A stretch of DNA of 64,000 nucleotides from Thermodesulfobacteriota bacterium (GTDB taxonomy: Bacteria > Desulfobacterota > Binatia > Bin18), in assembly GCA_964291405.2 (NCBI GenBank), contig OZ219926.1, positions 672,001 to 736,000 of the forward strand. Reading direction: 5' to 3'. This document shows positions 59,303-64,000 of the stretch, piece after piece. Position numbers and translations under genes: made by a program. Below the pieces are notes generated by a model that searched no databases, was not told where the DNA came from, and worked only from the letters and a program-made list of their open reading frames with translations. Each line of letters begins with the position of its first letter. Position 1 is the stretch's first letter.

Positions 59303-60339
59303 AAATACATGCCTTGCTCTTTGAACCAATTGAGGGCATCGCGGATCGATTCTTCAAGTGGTCGAGATTCGTATCCCAATTGTCTCCTCGCCGAGGACTC
59401 ATCAACAGACACCGGACAGTCGCGCAAAAGGTCAAGCGAATTTCTGGAGTAAAGAGGTGGTCGATTTTTTATCGCGGCATACAGTTGAACAAAAGGCAAA
59501 CCCGCCAGGGCCAGAAAATAGGGCATGGCGGGGCGCGTCACACGACGCCCCAGAATGTGGGAACACAGACGCGCTAGTTCAATAATCTTTGCGTATCGGC
59601 CCACGGTAAAATACACCTCGCCATGACATTCGCTCTGCCCCACCGCATTTGCGGCAGCGGCCGCCACATCTCGCATATCGCTCCACCAGAATCCCTCGTC
59701 AATGAGACATGGCAACCGCTTTTGCGCGATGGCGAGCAACATGTCACCAACGAGGGTCGGCTGCGTATCGCCGGGACCTATAAGACTCGAAGGACAGATA
59801 ACAGAGGCATTAATCCGACCACTCCTCGCCGCTTCGAGCACGCTGCTATGCGCTTCGGCTTTTGTAGCCGTATAGGGGATTTTGGAATGCTGTCCCGGCT
59901 TTGAATCAGCGTCTAAAACCCGTCCACGCAACGGGCTGAATGCGTGTATGGAACCGATGTGCACCAGCCTGCGTACGCCGTTGTCAACACACGCTTTAAT
60001 CACGTTTCGGGTACCCGTCAGGTTGACCGCCCTGACCAAATCCTCGGGATCGGTGCCAATCGTCACCATCGCAGCATTGTGTACGACGGCATCAGTATTT
60101 TGGAATGCCAAGTTCAACGATTCGACATTTCGAATATCCGCAGGCCACAATTCGACCCGCTTGTTCAGGTCATCGGGGAATTTGCGACTGCTGCCCTGAC
60201 GCGTAACAGCACGTACCGTATACCCACACCGCAGCAAGGCGCGGCATATATGGCTCCCGAGAAAACCCGCAGCACCGGTCACGGCAACGAGGCGTTTGGT
60301 GTCTTTAGGACCGTATGCCTTGTCGTTGGAATCGGACAT
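59299..60339 (-). CDS. NAD-dependent epimerase/dehydratase (DFR/3-beta-HSD-like extended SDR)
   Basis: TGAAGFLG, HNAA, NLTGTRNV, YTATK; GTGA overlap with the downstream reductase. Confidence 0.88.
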   Translation of the reverse strand: MSDSNDKAYGPKDTKRLVAVTGAAGFLGSHICRALLRCGYTVRAVTRQGSSRKFPDDLNKRVELWPADIRNVESLNLAFQNTDAVVHNAAMVTIGTDPEDLVRAVNLTGTRNVIKACVDNGVRRLVHIGSIHAFSPLRGRVLDADSKPGQHSKIPYTATKAEAHSSVLEAARSGRINASVICPSSLIGPGDTQPTLVGDMLLAIAQKRLPCLIDEGFWWSDMRDVAAAAANAVGQSECHGEVYFTVGRYAKIIELARLCSHILGRRVTRPAMPYFLALAGLPFVQLYAAIKNRPPLYSRNSLDLLRDCPVSVDESSARRQLGYESRPLEESIRDALNWFKEQGMYL

Positions 60340-60733
60340 CACCCATTCCTCAGTTATCATTGGTGGCGCTATTGGCCAATTCCAGGACGAGTGTCACTCC
60401 CTACGCCTTTCTCCAGACCGTGCAACACGAAGACTTGCACCGACAAATCCTCTATCCACTTGTGAACGCGTAAAAAATCTCTTCAGTGAACCTCGACATG
60501 CTACAGTATCCGTTTCAATATCCTTCGTCACTTGAAAAGACGAGAGCCCTTCAGGGCCAACCTCGCCGGCTGCTCCGCTGTTGGAAATGCAGAGTGGCGG
60601 TCCGGCCGGTCCTAGGTCTGTAGGGAGAAGCCCCGGGGCGGTAGGAGGGATGCCCCGGGGCCGGATGCAAGGTCCAACACCAAACCTTGCATAGCGAAAA
60701 CGACGAACCTGCGGCCTGTATGCTACCTTGCAC

Positions 60734-60765
60734 AAAAAAGCCCGCAGCGACGACTACTGCGGGCT
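60734..60765 (-). terminator. Intrinsic terminator
   Basis: Minus strand AGCCCGCAG-TAGTCGTCG-CTGCGGGCT running into a T6 tract. Confidence 0.85.
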
Positions 60766-60825
60766 CGAGGCTCAAAGGCCGTGGGCCGGGTACGGATTCA
60801 ATTGAAATTGATATTCAATTTCAAT
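60734..60825 (-). ncRNA. Candidate Fur-repressed small RNA (~90 nt)
   Basis: TTGACA (60860-60855)-17 nt-TAGAAG, then a Fur palindrome, a short stretch with no ATG, and a terminator. Confidence 0.45.
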
Positions 60826-60826
60826 T
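60800..60826. promoter_or_regulatory. Fur-type operator
   Basis: AATTGAAATTGA-TAT-TCAATTTCAATT, 12-3-12 perfect palindrome. Confidence 0.85.
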
Positions 60827-60922
60827 ATGCACTTCTAGCCTTCGAGACGATATTTGTCAAGTGCTGCAGTCAAGGGAATGTAGGTAGGGATATGGAGAAT
60901 GGCGTTTCTACCGAAAGAATGG

Positions 60923-61141
60923 CTACTTAGGCACCGGTACAGGCGCGCGCTCCTCTGCCTGAAAGCCCGCTTCTATGTGGCTGCCGTCACAGTACGGCTT
61001 GTTTTTGGACTTGCCACACCGACATAAATACAGTGGGTCTTTTTGTCCCCGGTACTTCCCCCCTCTCCTGTCGGTGAGACTGGTTTCTCCGCGCACTTCA
61101 TAGGGACCGTTCTTTAAGGCGCGGATGATCACTTTTGCCAT
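60923..61141 (-). CDS. CDGSH iron-sulfur domain protein
   Basis: NGPY..LCRCGKSKNKPYCDGSH. Confidence 0.93.
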   Translation of the reverse strand: MAKVIIRALKNGPYEVRGETSLTDRRGGKYRGQKDPLYLCRCGKSKNKPYCDGSHIEAGFQAEERAPVPVPK

Positions 61142-61272
61142 ACAGGTCGCTTTCTTTTTGGCATTCTTGGAGCCACGCTATCATTCACGAGAATACGCGC
61201 TAGGGCGGTTCTACCCCCAGCCGAGGGCGCTTTGGAATCGAACCAGAGTTCGACAGGGCTTGTTTCTATAAT

Positions 61273-61293
61273 TGAAATTGACTATCAATTTCA
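61273..61293. promoter_or_regulatory. Fur-type operator upstream of feoA
   Basis: TGAAATTGA-CTA-TCAATTTCA, directly after TATAAT (61267-61272). Confidence 0.85.
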
Positions 61294-61349
61294 GCTAGGA
61301 AGAGAAATCGGGCCTACCTGAACGAAATCCCCATACTTCTACGTATCTT

Positions 61350-61577
61350 ATGAAAACACTAGCCGACCTCGGCCCCGAAGAGCAGGGACGTATTCACTCC
61401 ATCACGGGCACAGACGGCATTTCCCAGCGGCTGGCTGAACTCGGCTTTACCAGCGGTCAGACCGTGCGGGTCATCCGTTTTGCGCCGTTGGGTGATCCCA
61501 TGCAAATACGTATCCGAGGCTTTTCCCTCGCGCTCCGGCTCCATGAGGCCAAACGGGTCCATCTTGCCGAACAATAA
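61350..61577 (+). CDS. feoA: Ferrous iron transport protein A
   Basis: QRLAELGF..G..V.V.R.APLGDP..I.IRG..LALR..EA. Confidence 0.95.
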   Translation: MKTLADLGPEEQGRIHSITGTDGISQRLAELGFTSGQTVRVIRFAPLGDPMQIRIRGFSLALRLHEAKRVHLAEQ

Positions 61578-61602
61578 AAATGAGGAGTAGGCTACCTAGT
61601 AC

Positions 61603-63837
61603 GTGCCTCGCCCTGTCGCTATGGATGTCGAAACACCAGTTGCTTCGTCTGCTCGTACCGCCACCGCCCCCGATATCGCTTCTTATCGGGTTGCGGTGAT
61701 TGGGAATCCCAATACGGGCAAGACAACCCTCTTTAACGCCCTCACCGGACTCAGCCAACACACCGGTAATTACCCTGGAGTGACAGTCGAGAGCGCGCTC
61801 GGCGAGTTTCGTCAGAATGGCGTGCGGTTTCTCGCGGTTGACCTGCCGGGTGTTTATTCGCTGGCGCCCCGCGCTCCGGATGAGATGGTCGCCGTCTCTG
61901 TCCTGCTCGGCTCCGGCGACGAATCAGTCACACCGGATGTTGTCCTGTGCGTGGTCGATGCGACGAACCTCGATCGCAATCTGTATATTGTGACCCAGAT
62001 CATGGATATCGGGCTTCCCTGCGTCATCGCGCTGACCATGCTCGATCTGGCGGAAAAGCAGGGCATGCATATCGATATTGCTACCCTTGAAAAACGTCTG
62101 GGAGTGCGCGTTGTCCCGGTGCAGGCCACAAAACGTCGAGGGATCGATCAACTCCGTCAGACCCTGTGCGATACGCTCAACGCAGGCGTCTCCCCTTCCC
62201 GCCCTGTTGTGTTTCCCGAAGCGTTCACACAAGAGGCCCAGACGCTGGCCCAGCAACTCACCCAAGCTCATCCGACTGCCCGCTTCCCTCGCTTTCTGAT
62301 TGAACGGCTGCTGATCGACACCGGTGGCATGGTTGAGCGGGACCTCACCCGACAGCACGGAGAGCAAGTACGTGACTCCGTCCGCGCGGCTCGCCAGCGT
62401 TTAGCCGCTGACGCGGTCCAGCTCCCGCAGATGGAAGTGGATCACCGCTATGCATGGATCGCCCAGGTCGTGGCGGACGCGCGTCGCTCTTCGTCCAGCC
62501 TGGGCCGTGACCGGACCGATTGGTCCGAGCTGATTGACTCCCTCGTCACCCATAAAGTCTGGGGGCTGGTGATTTTTCTGACGGTTATGGGCGTGACCTT
62601 TCAGTCGATTTTTTCCTGGGCGCTCCCCCTTATGGACAGCATTGACACCGTCTTTTCGGCACTGGGCCCCTGGGTCGGCAGCGCGCTGCCCGAGGGTCCG
62701 CTGCAAAGCCTGATGGTCGATGGCGTAATCGGCGGAGTGGGTGCGGTTGTGGTGTTTGTCCCGCAGATTGCGATTCTGTTCGGTTTGATCGCCATCCTTG
62801 AAGATTCCGGCTATATGGCGCGAGCAGCCTTTCTCATGGATCGGGTGATGGCCGGCTTTGGACTGTCGGGGCGGAGCTTTATTCCGCTGCTCTCCTCTTT
62901 CGCCTGTGCGATTCCGGGCATTATGGCAACTCGAACGATCGATAATCAGCGTGACCGGATTGCGACCATTCTTATCGCGCCCCTGATGAGCTGTAGCGCA
63001 CGGCTACCCGTATATGTGCTGTTGATCGCGGCTTTTATCCCGGCTCAGACCGTGTGGGGCATTTTTGGCTTGCAGGGGCTGACGCTCTTTTGCATGTATT
63101 GTCTCGGCCTGTTTGTTGCCCCTCCCGTTGCCTGGATACTCAAGCGGACGCTGCTGAGCGGCGAGGCCGTGCCTTTTCTCATGGAACTGCCGCCCTTTAA
63201 GCTGCCGGCCTGGCGGGTGGTCGTGTTTCGTATGTACGACCGTAGCATGGCCTTTCTCAAGCGTGCCGGCAGCATCATCCTGGCCACGACGATCCTGGTC
63301 TGGGCCCTCTCCTATTATCCGAATCAGGATCTCGTCTCAGAGGAATTTGAGACCCGCCGGGCAACTGCCACGGAAGCCGAGTTGGCGCTGCTTGAGACTG
63401 AGGCGGCCGGCATTCGCTTACGTGAAAGTTATCTCGGACAGGCCGGACGAGCGATTGAACCGTTTGTTCAGCCCTTAGGCTGGGACTGGAAAATCGGCAT
63501 GGCCACGCTGGCGAGTTTTCCGGCTCGTGAGGTGATTATTGCCGCCCTCGGGACGATCTATAATCTGGGTGCCGGTCAGGATGAAGAGAGCGTCGAATTG
63601 CGCCAAGCCATGCGGGCGGAGCGCTGGCCGGATGGCCGACCGGTGTACACACCGGTTGTGGCGATTTCAATCATGGTCTTTTTTGCCCTGTGCTGTCAGT
63701 GCGGAGCCACCTTGGCGACCATCAAGCGGGAAACTAATTCCTGGGGCTATCCGCTCTTGACGTTTGTCTATATGACGGGTCTGGCGTATCTTGGAGCGCT
63801 GGCGGTGTATCAAATAGGCAGCCGGCTGATTGGGTAA
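61603..63837 (+). CDS. feoB: Ferrous iron transport protein B
   Basis: GNPNTGKTTLFNALTG, NYPGVTV, DLPGVYSL, LEDSGYMARAAF, MSCSARLP, FLMELP. Confidence 0.97.
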   Translation: MPRPVAMDVETPVASSARTATAPDIASYRVAVIGNPNTGKTTLFNALTGLSQHTGNYPGVTVESALGEFRQNGVRFLAVDLPGVYSLAPRAPDEMVAVSVLLGSGDESVTPDVVLCVVDATNLDRNLYIVTQIMDIGLPCVIALTMLDLAEKQGMHIDIATLEKRLGVRVVPVQATKRRGIDQLRQTLCDTLNAGVSPSRPVVFPEAFTQEAQTLAQQLTQAHPTARFPRFLIERLLIDTGGMVERDLTRQHGEQVRDSVRAARQRLAADAVQLPQMEVDHRYAWIAQVVADARRSSSSLGRDRTDWSELIDSLVTHKVWGLVIFLTVMGVTFQSIFSWALPLMDSIDTVFSALGPWVGSALPEGPLQSLMVDGVIGGVGAVVVFVPQIAILFGLIAILEDSGYMARAAFLMDRVMAGFGLSGRSFIPLLSSFACAIPGIMATRTIDNQRDRIATILIAPLMSCSARLPVYVLLIAAFIPAQTVWGIFGLQGLTLFCMYCLGLFVAPPVAWILKRTLLSGEAVPFLMELPPFKLPAWRVVVFRMYDRSMAFLKRAGSIILATTILVWALSYYPNQDLVSEEFETRRATATEAELALLETEAAGIRLRESYLGQAGRAIEPFVQPLGWDWKIGMATLASFPAREVIIAALGTIYNLGAGQDEESVELRQAMRAERWPDGRPVYTPVVAISIMVFFALCCQCGATLATIKRETNSWGYPLLTFVYMTGLAYLGALAVYQIGSRLIG

Positions 63838-63840
63838 ACC

Positions 63841-63981
63841 ATGGATTTCCAAACTCTGCTGATATTCCCGGTTCTTATCGTCGCCGTATTCTACATCGGC
63901 CGCTCGCTCTGGCCCAGACGTGAGAAAACAGCGTGCGCCTCGTGTCCGCAGAATCGGCAGCGCGCAGACGACTACGTATGA
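63841..63981 (+). CDS. FeoB-associated Cys-rich membrane protein (46 aa; absent from ORF track)
   Basis: MDFQTLLIFPVLIVAVFYIGRSLWPRREKTACASCPQNRQRADDYV: TM helix then CxxC, 3 nt after the feoB stop. Confidence 0.8.
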   Translation: MDFQTLLIFPVLIVAVFYIGRSLWPRREKTACASCPQNRQRADDYV

Positions 63982-64000
63982 AGTGAGGCACTGCGGACCC

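Noticed and set aside
60394-60887. Short ORFs between the epimerase and CDGSH genes
   Set aside because: They cross the terminator, hairpins or Fur operator and lack RBSs or motifs.

Overview
GC-rich bacterial chromosomal window with no transposase, integrase, phage structural gene, CRISPR array or rRNA. Deltaproteobacterial-type Fur boxes, many acyl-CoA dehydrogenase/LLM/amidohydrolase genes, a UGSC selenoprotein and ankyrin proteins suggest Ca. Binatia or a relative, possibly host-associated (inference only). Left to right: DUF3426 protein, tatA, TonB-family protein and tRNA-Ala(CGC); catabolic/redox genes; an operon with an MFS transporter, a UGSC partner, a UGA-recoded UGSC selenoprotein with a SECIS-like hairpin (split in the ORF track) and a PLP decarboxylase; a TM0106 nuclease-helicase; a frameshifted AI-2E transporter; a ~14-kb cobamide uptake and completion cluster with a cobalamin riboswitch; rsmI, nadE and more catabolic genes; tRNA-Arg and tRNA-Ser. 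The last 12 kb is an iron island with five Fur-type palindromes. It holds a Com-like zinc ribbon, an atypical ferritin-like protein, three paralogous small Cys/His proteins, imelysin and a di-heme protein sharing an unexplained N-terminal Cys-Cys domain, a candidate Fur-repressed sRNA, recurrent C-rich-loop hairpins, a CDGSH protein and feoAB. The iron island and the UGSC operon are the best candidates for undescribed systems. All family calls come from motif recognition by eye, not database searches.
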